Both the position numbers and the translations under genes were made by a program. From the NCBI GenBank assembly GCA_039177115.1, contig JBCDFZ010000019.1:6878-70877 (forward strand): 64,000 nucleotides of DNA, in the 5' to 3' direction. The notes under the pieces were generated by a model. The model ran no database searches, was not told the origin of the DNA, and saw only the letters and a list, made by a program, of their open reading frames with translations. Of the stretch, positions 26,788-36,484 are shown piece after piece (the stretch's first letter is position 1; every line of letters begins with the position of its first letter). Origin of the DNA: Myxococcota bacterium (GTDB taxonomy: Bacteria; Myxococcota_A; Polyangia; Polyangiales; Houyiibacteriaceae).

Positions 26788-28965
26788 CTATCTCAGAAAC
26801 AGCATCTCGCGATACTTGGGAAGCGGCCAGTACTCGTCTGAGACCTGCGTTTCGAGGGCGTCGGCGTGAACCCGTACGGCGTCCATCAACTCGCGTAGAG
26901 CGCCAGCGCAGTGGCGCATGTGTTCTTCGGTGGACGCGAAGTCCTCTTTCGCGAGAGCCTCCTCGAGGGCCCCGACGGACGACATCATTGCGTTGGTTTC
27001 CTTCGCGATGGCCTCGAGGGCGGAAGACTCGAACTCGACGCCAAGCGCTTTGGAGGTGCTCACCGTACTGGCGAGGTCCGACACGTACGACATCGTGGCC
27101 GGGTAGAGCACCGTCTTCGCGAGCTCGATGACGAGCTTCGCCTCGACACCAATGGAAAGGATGTACTGCTCAGCGTACACCTCGTAGCGACTTTCGAGCT
27201 CGACGGGCGAAAGGACGCCGGTGCGCTCGAAGAGATCCACAACGGGTTGCTCCATGAGGCATGGCAGCGCATCAGCCGTGGTGGGAATGTTCCGAAGGCC
27301 ACGCTCTTCGACGGCAGCGACGTGCCATTCCCTCGAGTAGCCGTCGCCGCCGAACACGACGTTTCCGTGCTCTTCCATGATCTCTTTGAGGACCGCAGCA
27401 AGCGCGAGGTGCGTCTCCTTCCCATCGGACAGCTCCCCCTCGAGCTTGTCGGCGATCCAGTTCAACGAGTCGGCGAGCATCGTGTTCATGGCGACGAGGG
27501 GGCCGGTGACCGATTGTGAGGAACCGACCGCGCGGAACTCGAAACGGTTGCCAGTGAAGGCAAACGGTGAAGTGCGGTTGCGATCCCCCGGGTCACGTTT
27601 GAAGGGCAGGATCTGAGACAAACCGAGATCCATCAGGCCGCCATCGGTCGCGGTCGACGCTCTGCCCTCCTTGATGTCGTTGAAGACGCCCTCGAGCTGA
27701 TCGCCGAGGTAGACGGACAAGATGGCGGGGGGCGCTTCGTTTGCGCCTAGCCGATGGTCGTTTGCCGCCGACGCAATCACGGCTCGCAAGAGAGGACCGA
27801 ACTTGTGGACGCCTCGAATGACCGCGCCACAGAAAAGCAGAAAGTTGAGATTCTCATGCGGCGTCTGGCCCGGATCGAGCAAGTTTCCTTGCGTCGCGTT
27901 TCCGATTGACCAGTTGACGTGTTTCCCGGAACCGTTGATGCCTGCGAACGGCTTTTCGTGAAGAAGGCATACGAAGCCATGCTCTTTTGCCGTCGCCTTC
28001 ATGATGGTCATCATCAACTGTTGGTGATCGGCCGCAACGTTCGCGGCTTCGAAGTACGGCGCGATCTCGAACTGCGCGGGTGCGACTTCGTTGTGGTGGG
28101 TCTTCGCCGGGATGCCGAGCCGGAAGAGCCGGTCTTCGAAGTCTTGCATGAAGACTTGCACTCGTTCGGGGATGGCTCCGAAGTAGTGATCGTCGAACTC
28201 CTGACCCTTCGGAGACGGAGCGCCGAACAAGGTTCGGCCCGCGAGCAGCAAGTCTGGGCGGCTGTTGGCGAAGTGGGCGTCGATCAGGAAGTACTCCTGC
28301 TCAGCGCCGCAGCTCGAGTTCAGTGGTGCGATCTCGGTCTCTCCCATCAGCTTGAGCACGCGCTGCGCCGCCTTGTCCATGGCGGCATTCGAGCGGAGCA
28401 GTGGGATCTTCTTGTCGAGCGCCTCGCCGGTCCACGACATGAAAACACTCGGAATCATGAGCACAGCCCCGTTGGGTGTGTTCATGATGTACGCCGGGCT
28501 CGTGGGGTCCCAGGCGGTGTATCCGCGCGCGGCCGCCGTCATGCGAAGACTGCCATTCGGGAAAGACGAGCCGTCAGGCTCACCCTTGATCAGGAGGCTT
28601 CCGGTGAACTCGGTGATGGCGTTGCCGTCGGAGTTTGTGACGATGAAGCCATCATGCTTTTCCGCGGTGATGTTCGTCATGGGGTAGAAGATGTGCGAGA
28701 AAAACTTCACCCCTTTCGCCATGGCCCAGTCTTTCATGGCGGCCGCGACGACGTCGGCCGTCGCGGGGTCTAGTGGCGCCCCCGTTTGCACGGTTTTTTT
28801 CATTTCTTTGAAGGCCTTCTTCGAAAGCGCATCTTCCATGGTCGCCAGGTTGAATACGTCGCAGGCCCAGATCTCGCTCAGAGGCTTGGTCGGGTTCTTC
28901 GGCCGCAGCTCGCCCCGGTTGGTGACTTCGTTGATCGCTTGTAGCCGTATCTCGTTCCCACTCAT
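26788..28965 (-). CDS. glnN: glutamine synthetase type III
   Basis: ORF 26788..29007 trimmed to ATG 28963-28965 after GGAGG. About 725 aa, typical GSIII length, with conserved blocks (FSHIFYPMTN, NGSGKHVNWS, NRTSPFAFTGNRFEFRAVGSS). Confidence 0.95.
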   Translation of the reverse strand: MSGNEIRLQAINEVTNRGELRPKNPTKPLSEIWACDVFNLATMEDALSKKAFKEMKKTVQTGAPLDPATADVVAAAMKDWAMAKGVKFFSHIFYPMTNITAEKHDGFIVTNSDGNAITEFTGSLLIKGEPDGSSFPNGSLRMTAAARGYTAWDPTSPAYIMNTPNGAVLMIPSVFMSWTGEALDKKIPLLRSNAAMDKAAQRVLKLMGETEIAPLNSSCGAEQEYFLIDAHFANSRPDLLLAGRTLFGAPSPKGQEFDDHYFGAIPERVQVFMQDFEDRLFRLGIPAKTHHNEVAPAQFEIAPYFEAANVAADHQQLMMTIMKATAKEHGFVCLLHEKPFAGINGSGKHVNWSIGNATQGNLLDPGQTPHENLNFLLFCGAVIRGVHKFGPLLRAVIASAANDHRLGANEAPPAILSVYLGDQLEGVFNDIKEGRASTATDGGLMDLGLSQILPFKRDPGDRNRTSPFAFTGNRFEFRAVGSSQSVTGPLVAMNTMLADSLNWIADKLEGELSDGKETHLALAAVLKEIMEEHGNVVFGGDGYSREWHVAAVEERGLRNIPTTADALPCLMEQPVVDLFERTGVLSPVELESRYEVYAEQYILSIGVEAKLVIELAKTVLYPATMSYVSDLASTVSTSKALGVEFESSALEAIAKETNAMMSSVGALEEALAKEDFASTEEHMRHCAGALRELMDAVRVHADALETQVSDEYWPLPKYREMLFLR

Positions 28966-29208
28966 GTTCGCCTCCAACCTTTCATCGGGCTTCGATGGAT
29001 GTCCCACAAAGTTTCGGAATAGTAGGAGGCCAGAGTTTCGCGCGGATGGTTACGATGTTTCCATTCGATACACTGACGGCGTTCTGTGGAGCCGGTTTGT
29101 TTCGATACCGTAAACAGCGCCTTCCGGAATGCGTTTCGGGGTTGTCCGCACTGAGGACCGCAGGCATCGTCTCTCCCTCGGGGAGCAGAGAGGTTTCGAT
29201 GTCGTCCA

Positions 29209-30096
29209 ATGGGAAAGCACAACGGTAGCAAGAAGAGCAAAGGGGACGACGCGTCACCCGCAACAAACGGCACGGGAGTGTGGACACCAGCCGAGGTCCC
29301 ACACTGCGCCGAAACGAAGTCAAAGCTGAAGAAGCGGCTCTACGAAGCGGAGTTGTCGAAACTCCACATCGAGCTCGTCAAGCTGCAGGAGTGGATCCGA
29401 CAGGAGAAGCTCAAGGTCGTGGTGTTATTCGAAGGCCGCGACGCCGCAGGCAAGGGCGGCACTATCAAACGCATCACGGAATGCCTGAGCCCGCGCGTCT
29501 GTCGGGTTGTGGCACTGGGCACGCCGACGGAGCGCGAGAAGACGCAATGGTACTTCCAACGCTATGTGCCGCACCTCCCGGCAGGCGGCGAGATGGTTTT
29601 GTTCGATCGCAGCTGGTACAACCGCGCAGGCGTCGAGCGTGTCATGGACTTTTGTAGCGAGGAGGAGTACCGCGAGTTTCTCCGAAGCTGCCCGGAGTTC
29701 GAGCGAATGATCGTGCGGAGCGGAATCAAGCTCATCAAGTACTGGTTCAGCGTCAGCAACGAAGAGCAGGAGCGGCGTTTCCAGGCGCGCATCGACGACC
29801 CCACGCGCCGCTGGAAGCTGAGCCCCATGGACCTCGAGTCACGGCGCCGCTGGGTGGAGTACTCGAAAGCCAAAGACCAGATGTTCAGCTACACAGACAT
29901 CAAGCAAGCGCCTTGGTACGTGGTCGACGCTGACAGCAAGAAGCGCGCGCGGCTCAACTGTATTTCGCACTTGCTGAACCAGATTCCGTACCGGGACCTG
30001 ACGCCGCCCAAGGTGGAACTGCCTCCGCGCCAAACGAACACTTCTTACGTTCGGCCGCCGATGGACGACCAGACGTTCGTGCCCGAAGTGTACTAG
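29209..30096 (+). CDS. ppk2: polyphosphate kinase 2 (single-domain PPK2)
   Basis: 295-aa ORF. Walker A-like FEGRDAAGKGG, plus the YFQRY and DRSWYNRA motifs. Confidence 0.9.
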   Translation: MGKHNGSKKSKGDDASPATNGTGVWTPAEVPHCAETKSKLKKRLYEAELSKLHIELVKLQEWIRQEKLKVVVLFEGRDAAGKGGTIKRITECLSPRVCRVVALGTPTEREKTQWYFQRYVPHLPAGGEMVLFDRSWYNRAGVERVMDFCSEEEYREFLRSCPEFERMIVRSGIKLIKYWFSVSNEEQERRFQARIDDPTRRWKLSPMDLESRRRWVEYSKAKDQMFSYTDIKQAPWYVVDADSKKRARLNCISHLLNQIPYRDLTPPKVELPPRQTNTSYVRPPMDDQTFVPEVY

Positions 30097-30348
30097 CCGA
30101 TCGCTGTTCGGACGGTCACGTGGACTGCGGTGGGTACAAAAACGTGATTTGAGCTGCACCAAGCGGGTGTGACGAAACGATGACAGCGAGCGCTTTGGAC
30201 ACATCCGGCCGCATGACGCCGACGACGACGCGGCCTGCGATTGAGCTCTTGTGAGACTCCGGAAAAACGCCATCTCATAGGCGAGGCAACGTTTTTGTGT
30301 CGTACGGCTTGATGAGCGTGGTGATTACGTTACTACGTGCCTACGAAC

Positions 30349-30834
30349 ATGGAGCACGCACGGATTCTTCGACTCGCAGTCCTCACGCTTGGGCTGCTTG
30401 CGGCAAGTTGCTCGAACAAGGACGAAGGGCAGGCGGTCGCAGCGCTGCAAGAACTGGCGTCCGAGCAAGCCAAACAGGTTGAGCAGCTCAACGCGCAGAT
30501 GCAGGCGACCATCAAGGAGTTCGAGGACTGCATCGGCGACGTGGCGAACGCTGCAGACAGCTCGATGGTTCTGAAGGCCAAGAAACGGGGGTTCGAGGTT
30601 CCGGAACTCGCGGGGGACAAGACGATCAAAGGCCTCGAAGCGCTTCGCACGTCCATGTCGGAAACGATCGCCGAACAGAAGATCGAGCTTGCCAAGATCC
30701 AGGATGCGCGCGACCGCTGCAAGAGCCAGCTGGCGGACGTGGAAGAAGCGATGGACGAGGCGGCTCGCGTCATGGCCGACGAGCCCGCCAAAGCGACCGA
30801 GCCTTCCGGCAAAGACGAGCCCAAGAAGAAGTAG
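30349..30834 (+). CDS. coiled-coil lipoprotein, hypothetical
   Basis: ORF 30337..30834 with ATG 30349. Lipobox LLAASC. The remainder is helical and Glu/Lys/Ala-rich. Confidence 0.75.
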   Translation: MEHARILRLAVLTLGLLAASCSNKDEGQAVAALQELASEQAKQVEQLNAQMQATIKEFEDCIGDVANAADSSMVLKAKKRGFEVPELAGDKTIKGLEALRTSMSETIAEQKIELAKIQDARDRCKSQLADVEEAMDEAARVMADEPAKATEPSGKDEPKKK

Positions 30835-30897
30835 TCGCCATCGTTGGCTTCTCGAAGGGCCCTGACTCGGGATCGCTGGACACAATGCTTCGCGCTA

Positions 30898-31818
30898 TCA
30901 TTTTGCAGTGAAGTGTTCCGCGACCGCATCAACGCTCCGGCACACCACGTCTTGGCGATCGTAGAAATCAAACTGGGTGATATCGTCGTCGAGCCACAGC
31001 TGCGTGATGGGCGCCTGCGTCCTCTTGATGTAGGCATGGGCACTCGCAGGAAGGGCTGCTCCCTCGGAGCAGACGACCAAGGTGGGCTTTTCCAGACGAT
31101 CGGCAGACGCCTGAGCGTCGTACGTCAACCATGGTTCCCAGGAAGCGACGTTGAACTGATTGTCGTAGGTCTCGACGAGTCCTCGGTCTGGTTCGGTGTA
31201 GTAGGGAGCCTGAAACATCAAGGAGGTGTCGTCAGTGGTACTCGCGGCTACCACGAACTGAGGTTCCGGAGACCGCGCTGCCGCTCGACCTGCCTCAATG
31301 AGCCTGCGCGTCGCTGCGGCACCGCCATAAATGTCCTCGGCCGTTGCCGGCGTGTGAAGCCAGGGCGCGACGAGTGCGAGCTTGCTGAACAGTTCTCCGT
31401 CTGCGACTGCGCTCGCCATGTAGCCCGAGGACGCACAGATTCCAAGACCCGACACTTCTTGCGAGTCGACCTCGGGCTGCGCGGCCAAGCATCCCGCCGC
31501 GGCCCCGATGTCCGCGGCCTTCGTCTCGGGGTCTTCGAGATAGCGGGGTTCACCCTGTGACTCGCCCCACCCGGCGAAGTCGAAGGCAAGTGCCGCGAAG
31601 CCGCGCGACGCAAGCGCGCGCGCATACGTCCCGGGCATCTGCTCCTTCACCGTGGTCCAGGCACCGGCGACGACCACGGCGGGAACGGACCCGGCTCGGT
31701 CGACGGGCAGGTAGAGCGTTCCGTTGAGCGTGATGCCGTCGCGCTCGAAGTCGACGGCGCGATGGGCCACGCCGGGGGTCTCGGGGGTGTTCTGTAGGTT
31801 GATGCGCGAGTGGGTCAT
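30898..31818 (-). CDS. alpha/beta hydrolase, dienelactone-hydrolase-like (possible Cys nucleophile GICAS)
   Basis: 306-aa ORF with GAGGAG RBS. Divergent from the LysR gene. Confidence 0.8.
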   Translation of the reverse strand: MTHSRINLQNTPETPGVAHRAVDFERDGITLNGTLYLPVDRAGSVPAVVVAGAWTTVKEQMPGTYARALASRGFAALAFDFAGWGESQGEPRYLEDPETKAADIGAAAGCLAAQPEVDSQEVSGLGICASSGYMASAVADGELFSKLALVAPWLHTPATAEDIYGGAAATRRLIEAGRAAARSPEPQFVVAASTTDDTSLMFQAPYYTEPDRGLVETYDNQFNVASWEPWLTYDAQASADRLEKPTLVVCSEGAALPASAHAYIKRTQAPITQLWLDDDITQFDFYDRQDVVCRSVDAVAEHFTAK

Positions 31819-31886
31819 GGCGGCTCCTCGTGGCTCCCGGTGTGTCTGAGGGCCACTCTGGGGAGTTAGATCTGTCGCTACAACGC

Positions 31887-31904
31887 AATAAAGATCACAT
31901 TATT
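31887..31904. promoter_or_regulatory. AT-rich inverted repeat AATAA-N8-TTATT, candidate LysR-type (T-N11-A-like) box
   Basis: Read from the sequence. It sits in the 121-bp divergent intergenic region, which is a conspicuous AT-rich patch in a GC-rich genome. Confidence 0.35.
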
Positions 31905-31939
31905 TGTGCTGTAAAAGAACAGAACGATCGGGATCCTTC

Positions 31940-32854
31940 ATGGACCAAATAGGAAAAATTTTGTTATTTCGAGATGTTATCGTTCAAGGCGGGTTTTCGC
32001 ATGCCGCGCGGCTCCGGGGGCTGAGTCACTCGACGGTCAGCAAACAGGTGAAAGCCCTCGAGGCCGAGCTCGGGGTAACCCTGCTCCATCGAACCTCACG
32101 AACGATGAGCCTCACAGACGAAGGCCGTCTGGCGCTCGACTGCAGTCGGAGGATGGGCGCGCACATCGACGAGCTCCTCGAACGGCTCGAGGAGATGCGG
32201 GGAGACGTGCGTGGGGAAATCAAGGTGAGCGCGCTCGTGCACGTCGGAAAGCACGTCGTAGAACCCGCGGTCGCGACATATCTGCGTGAGCATCCGGGCG
32301 CGCGCGTGAGCCTGACCTTGGATGACGAGCCGCTCCATTTTACGCGAGATGGGCTCGACCTGGCGGTGCGCGTCGGGAGGCACGCCGAAGGGAGCCTCAT
32401 CGCGCGCAAGCTCCTCGACAACGACGTTTGCCTCGCCGCGGCGCCGTCGTTCGTGAAGCGGCACGGTCTACCGAAGCACCCCACCGACCTCGCGGAATGG
32501 CCGACCGTCGCCTACGCCTCGGGCGCGGTCGACATTTCGGTTTGGACCTACGTCGAGAACGGCGAGTTTCGTACCGTCAACGTCAGCCCGGTGTACCGCA
32601 CCAACGACGGGAACGCGCTCCGCGAGGCCGTATGTGCGGGACTCGGAATCGGATACCTCTCGACGTTTAGCGTGCGCGACGAGTTTGCGAGCGGGAGGCT
32701 GACGCGGGTTCTTCCCGATCTCGAGCTCCCGGCATATGAACCCGTGTACATGATCTACGCGGCGAGCGAGTTCGTTTCCCCACGGCTGAACGCGTTCGTC
32801 CGATGCCTGGAGGACGCTGCAAGGTCGCTGTCACCTGGGTCCACGCGGGTCTAG
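31940..32854 (+). CDS. LysR family transcriptional regulator
   Basis: ORF 31904..32854 trimmed to ATG 31940. HTH GGFSHAARLRGLSHSTVSKQVKALE. Confidence 0.9.
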   Translation: MDQIGKILLFRDVIVQGGFSHAARLRGLSHSTVSKQVKALEAELGVTLLHRTSRTMSLTDEGRLALDCSRRMGAHIDELLERLEEMRGDVRGEIKVSALVHVGKHVVEPAVATYLREHPGARVSLTLDDEPLHFTRDGLDLAVRVGRHAEGSLIARKLLDNDVCLAAAPSFVKRHGLPKHPTDLAEWPTVAYASGAVDISVWTYVENGEFRTVNVSPVYRTNDGNALREAVCAGLGIGYLSTFSVRDEFASGRLTRVLPDLELPAYEPVYMIYAASEFVSPRLNAFVRCLEDAARSLSPGSTRV

Positions 32855-32988
32855 CGCACCCGCGTACCCTGGGCCGTCCCGGGGCGAAGCTCCGTCAGGT
32901 CCGCGCGCGAGAGCTGTCAGTCCTGCAGCTTTCATGTCATGGAATCGCCGTGAGCCCTTCCCTATCCCGTGAAGTTGCGCTTGACGAC

Positions 32989-33759
32989 GTGTGGAGGAAC
33001 AGCGCGCACAGCGAGTTCTGTTGCTTGATCTACGCAACTCAGAACGGCTGGAAGCTGCCCATTCTGTTCGAAGAGATGGGGGTTCCGTACGACTGGGCGT
33101 TGGTCGACTTTGAAAAGAACGAGCAGCGAAGCGAACGATTCCTGAAGATCAACCCCAACGGTCGCATCCCCGCACTAATCGACCGCGCTCGGCAGATCTC
33201 GGTGGCCGAGTCCGGTGCCATCCTCGAGTACGTCGCTACGCGGCTCGGGAGCCCTCTCCTTCCGCTGCCAGAAGACGACCTCGCGCTCCATCTGCAGGTC
33301 AAACAATGGCTCTACTGGCAGGTCAGCGCGCTCGGCCCCTCGATGGGGCAGGCGATGTACTTCCAACGGATCGCCCGCGTTCGCGGGCACGACGACCCTT
33401 TCGCGATCGGGAGATTCGTCGCCGAGGCCGAACGCTGTCTTCAAATGCTCGACGAGCAGCTCGAAGATTCCGGCGGGCCTTTCGTGCTCGGGCCCCACTG
33501 CACGCTCGTCGACGTGGCGTGCTTCCCGTACTGCGCGAGCGCGTACTGGGCGAACACCGATGTCTCCGACATGCCTCACTTGAAGGCATGGATCGCACGG
33601 CTGCACGCGCGTCCTTCATTCAAGGTCGGCCTGACAATTCCGTTTCCTCGACCCGCGTTCTTCGGCCCCGCACACGCGACCGACGCGGAGATCGACGCCG
33701 AGATCGCTCGAAACGCGGGTCAGTTCAATGTGGTCGTGAAGCCTCAGTCCGAGGCGTGA
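32989..33759 (+). CDS. glutathione S-transferase (Nu/YfcG-like)
   Basis: 3' part of ORF 32803..33759. The start is uncertain (GTG 32989 or TTG 33025). Thioredoxin-fold pattern NGWKLPILFEEMGVPY...INPNGRIPALID..ESGAILEY. Confidence 0.85.
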   Translation: MWRNSAHSEFCCLIYATQNGWKLPILFEEMGVPYDWALVDFEKNEQRSERFLKINPNGRIPALIDRARQISVAESGAILEYVATRLGSPLLPLPEDDLALHLQVKQWLYWQVSALGPSMGQAMYFQRIARVRGHDDPFAIGRFVAEAERCLQMLDEQLEDSGGPFVLGPHCTLVDVACFPYCASAYWANTDVSDMPHLKAWIARLHARPSFKVGLTIPFPRPAFFGPAHATDAEIDAEIARNAGQFNVVVKPQSEA

Positions 33760-33779
33760 AAGCCCCGCGACTGGCCCAT

Positions 33780-36167
33780 TTACTCTGAGATCGTCACACC
33801 TGGGGGTGCGCCGTTCCAGACACAGTTCGGTGCGTCGCCGAAGTTCGAGAGAACCAGTGGGAGCCCGGCAACGTCGATGACGACAGTTACATCCGCGAGA
33901 CCGAGATCGATGGACGCATCGGACACGGCGAACGTTTCGGTCCGAGGATCGAGCGCAACCTCGATAGACGAACCTCGAGTGAAGCACACGTCACACGGGG
34001 TGTCGGTCAACAGCAGCGACAGACGCGCGGGAACGCCGGACGTTTCCACCCCACCGTCCGTGCTGAGAACCCTTGCTTCGTCCGCGAGCGCCAGAAGAAG
34101 GTCTACCACGTCGTTGGGGATGACCACTTCCGCAGCCGATGTGATGTCGTTGTTGCCGCTCTGGACTGGACCGTCGGCAACCGCCGTGAAGTTGAACGTC
34201 AGGGGGATCGGAATCCCCATGACCTCGCAGTTGAGATCCTGCGATGCCACGGTGCCACCGGAGGGGAGGTCGTTCTCGAGTCCGCAAGTGGTCTGGCATG
34301 CCGGGCTGCCTCCGTCACCTCCGGTCCCAGTTCCACCTCCAGCGCCGCCGGAGCCTCCGGCCCCGAAGCCGTCGCAGCTGCCATCGGGCAGAAAGCCCGT
34401 GCAGACTTCGAAGTCGCGGAAGCAGTTGGCCTGGCAACCGCACGCTTGACACGTGGGCGTATTCACGTCGGCGGCGCACTCAGCCGGGCAAAACGCAGCG
34501 CCGCATGTGACGGTGTCCCCGTAGCAGCTGAGGCAAGCCTCCGAAAGCCCGATCCCCTGGTCGGCCGTGCACTGATCGACGCAGCGGCCGAGGGCTGCTC
34601 TGTTCTCGGGCGTGTTGTCCGAGAGGACCTGGGCAACGTTCTGGCCGCACCCGTCGCTGACGAGCGTAGGCGCGCCCAGCACGCAGTCGCGCGCGATGAT
34701 GTTCACCGCGTTCGGGCCAACAAAGCGTTGACCGAAGCGGTTGGTGTAGTCGGCGTCGTCGAGAATCTCCGTGTCCTGCGGGTTGAGGCAGGCGCCGACG
34801 CGGCCCCCGGTGCCCCCCGTTCCAATGCCGCCGGTTCCCCCCGTTCCGATGCCGCCGGTTCCTCCGGTCCCTATGCCGCCGGTGCCGCCATCGCCGAAGT
34901 TCACGAGCGGGGGTGAGTTGTTTTGCCACGAGCAGTTGGGATCCGGTCCGGCGTTCGTGAGCGTCAACGGAAGACCGGACGCATTGAGACCGACCGTCAC
35001 TTCACTGAGCTCGAACGCGGCCGAAGTACCCTCGACGATGTACGCGTCGGTGCGAGGGTCGTTCGGGATGAACAGCGGCTGCCCCTGCATGAAGCAGACC
35101 AGGCATGGCACCGGTGTGAGCCGGAGATCGACGTTGCTTGGGCTGACGGTGGTGGAGACCCTCGCAAACGTGTCCGTGACCGTTGCCTCTGACGCCAGGG
35201 CCAGGATCAGATCGACGACGCTCGGTGGAATCTCGGTTTCAAACGCCGTTGTGATGACGTTCTCCCCAGGCGCGATCGGACTCTCGGGATCGACCGTGAA
35301 CGCAAAGTCGAGGGGAATGGGGATTCCCATGACGCTGCAGTTGAGCCGTCCCGTGTCAGTCGGGCCTGAAGGGGTGGGATTGCCGACGCCGCACGTTTGC
35401 TGGCAGCTGGCCCCACCCGTACCCCCGGCACCACCGCCTGCGCCTGACGCGCCTCCTGAACCGGCCGTTCCGCCTGTGCCTCCGCCATCGACGCAGCGCA
35501 CGGGTACCGTCCACTCGTCGACGCAGTGTTCCGCATCGGAGACCTGGATGCGAACGAACTGTTGCCCCACCTGTCCGCAAGTGAACGTAGTGTTGGGTGA
35601 GTTCGGGTTTGCAATGGAACCTCCCGATGCGGACCAGAAGTAGCTCACCGCGTCTCCGTCTTCGTCCACCGCGGCGGCCGAAAGATCGATGTCGTTACCG
35701 ATGGAGGTTTGGAGGGGTGAGACGACTACCTTGATCAGTTCACCGCATAGATTGACCTCGGCCTCGACCCGCACCCCACCTGCGTCGGAGGTCGTCTTAC
35801 ATTGGAGCATGACGAAGACTTCGGAGATCTGTCCGATCGCGACGTTGAAATTCATCTCGCCCTTGCACGTCGTGCCGCCGTCGTTTGAAGTGGCGTCGAG
35901 CTCGAGGAGATAGCCTTCGCCCGGGGGAATCCCGAAGACCTCGAGAGACACTGTAGACCCGGGCGCACTGGTGTCGATCGAGCCGTCCATTGGGTCCATG
36001 TCGTTCCCAGTGATCCGCCAGTCGACCCGATCGACCTCGGAACCATCGGCAAGCACCAGATCGAGGGCGAGCGAACCGGAGTTGCCTGGCGCGCCTGCGT
36101 CACCGCAACCCGCCAAGAGTGCGACGAGCACGCACCCAGGCCAAAGCAAAGAACGAGTTCGGGACAT
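33780..36167 (-). CDS. large secreted lipoprotein with PKD-like domain, two copies of a ~170-aa module, Gly-rich linkers and a 16-Cys central domain
   Basis: 795-aa ORF with lipobox LLAGCG and RBS GGAAG. The internal duplication and repeats were read from the translation. Confidence 0.85.
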   Translation of the reverse strand: MSRTRSLLWPGCVLVALLAGCGDAGAPGNSGSLALDLVLADGSEVDRVDWRITGNDMDPMDGSIDTSAPGSTVSLEVFGIPPGEGYLLELDATSNDGGTTCKGEMNFNVAIGQISEVFVMLQCKTTSDAGGVRVEAEVNLCGELIKVVVSPLQTSIGNDIDLSAAAVDEDGDAVSYFWSASGGSIANPNSPNTTFTCGQVGQQFVRIQVSDAEHCVDEWTVPVRCVDGGGTGGTAGSGGASGAGGGAGGTGGASCQQTCGVGNPTPSGPTDTGRLNCSVMGIPIPLDFAFTVDPESPIAPGENVITTAFETEIPPSVVDLILALASEATVTDTFARVSTTVSPSNVDLRLTPVPCLVCFMQGQPLFIPNDPRTDAYIVEGTSAAFELSEVTVGLNASGLPLTLTNAGPDPNCSWQNNSPPLVNFGDGGTGGIGTGGTGGIGTGGTGGIGTGGTGGRVGACLNPQDTEILDDADYTNRFGQRFVGPNAVNIIARDCVLGAPTLVSDGCGQNVAQVLSDNTPENRAALGRCVDQCTADQGIGLSEACLSCYGDTVTCGAAFCPAECAADVNTPTCQACGCQANCFRDFEVCTGFLPDGSCDGFGAGGSGGAGGGTGTGGDGGSPACQTTCGLENDLPSGGTVASQDLNCEVMGIPIPLTFNFTAVADGPVQSGNNDITSAAEVVIPNDVVDLLLALADEARVLSTDGGVETSGVPARLSLLLTDTPCDVCFTRGSSIEVALDPRTETFAVSDASIDLGLADVTVVIDVAGLPLVLSNFGDAPNCVWNGAPPGVTISE
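34803..34889. repeat. in-frame 24-bp tandem repeat, three full units plus a partial one, encoding (GGTGGIGT)3-GGTGG
   Basis: Protein residues 427-455 of the 33780..36167 gene. The DNA units are near-identical. Confidence 0.85.
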
Positions 36168-36484
36168 CAGAACTTCCTTTCAAGCGAAGTGCCGCAGCGT
36201 TCGACGCGTGCGGCCACGGTAAGCAGCAGCGAGCTACGCGGAAGACGCTAACACGGGAAGCGGGCGACTTTGCGTGACAAATGACGAAGGCCTCCGCGGG
36301 AGGGCAAATCACGCCGCCAATGCGGGCGAACTTCGTGCGCATCGAGAGCACCCATGCGAGACGCGGGCCGGGATTCGGCCGCGAGTGCGCCTCGTTCCGT
36401 GAGCGAACACACGAGAGCGCCCGAGCAGCACTCTGCTCGACGCTACCGAGGGAAGTCCTCCGCGGTCAACGTCGGCTACCGAGC

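Noticed and set aside
29170-29193. Hairpin TCTCTCCCTCGGGGAGCAGAGA between glnN and ppk2, considered as a riboswitch or terminator.
   Set aside because: It lies between divergent gene starts, so it is not a terminator. It is short and imperfect, and I could not match it to any riboswitch consensus. I also found no NtrC or sigma-54 site for glnN.
30255-30298. Hairpin AAAAACG...CGTTTTT after ppk2, as a possible intrinsic terminator or sRNA.
   Set aside because: The stem is only 7 AU-rich base pairs around a 19-nt interior. There is no GC-rich stem directly preceding the T-run. This is too weak to call.
24444-33800. Possible genomic island integrated at tRNA-Asn.
   Set aside because: I found no integrase, transposase or phage gene and no visible direct repeat of the tRNA 3' end. 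I see no obvious compositional change, and the downstream genes (MFS, glnN, ppk2) look like backbone. Only the first 750 bp look decayed, and that is reported separately.
34803-34889. Considered whether the short tandem repeats here and at 18450-18521 could be a CRISPR-like array.
   Set aside because: The repeats are directly adjacent with no spacers. They are in-frame within long high-GC3 ORFs and encode Gly-rich or Lys/Ala-rich peptide repeats. There are no cas genes.
36422-36439. Hairpin CGAGCAG-N4-CTGCTCG downstream of the 36485..36961 gene, as a terminator.
   Set aside because: It has a 7-bp stem but no U-tract on the transcribed (minus) strand. It may still act in a GC-rich organism, but I cannot support that from sequence alone.
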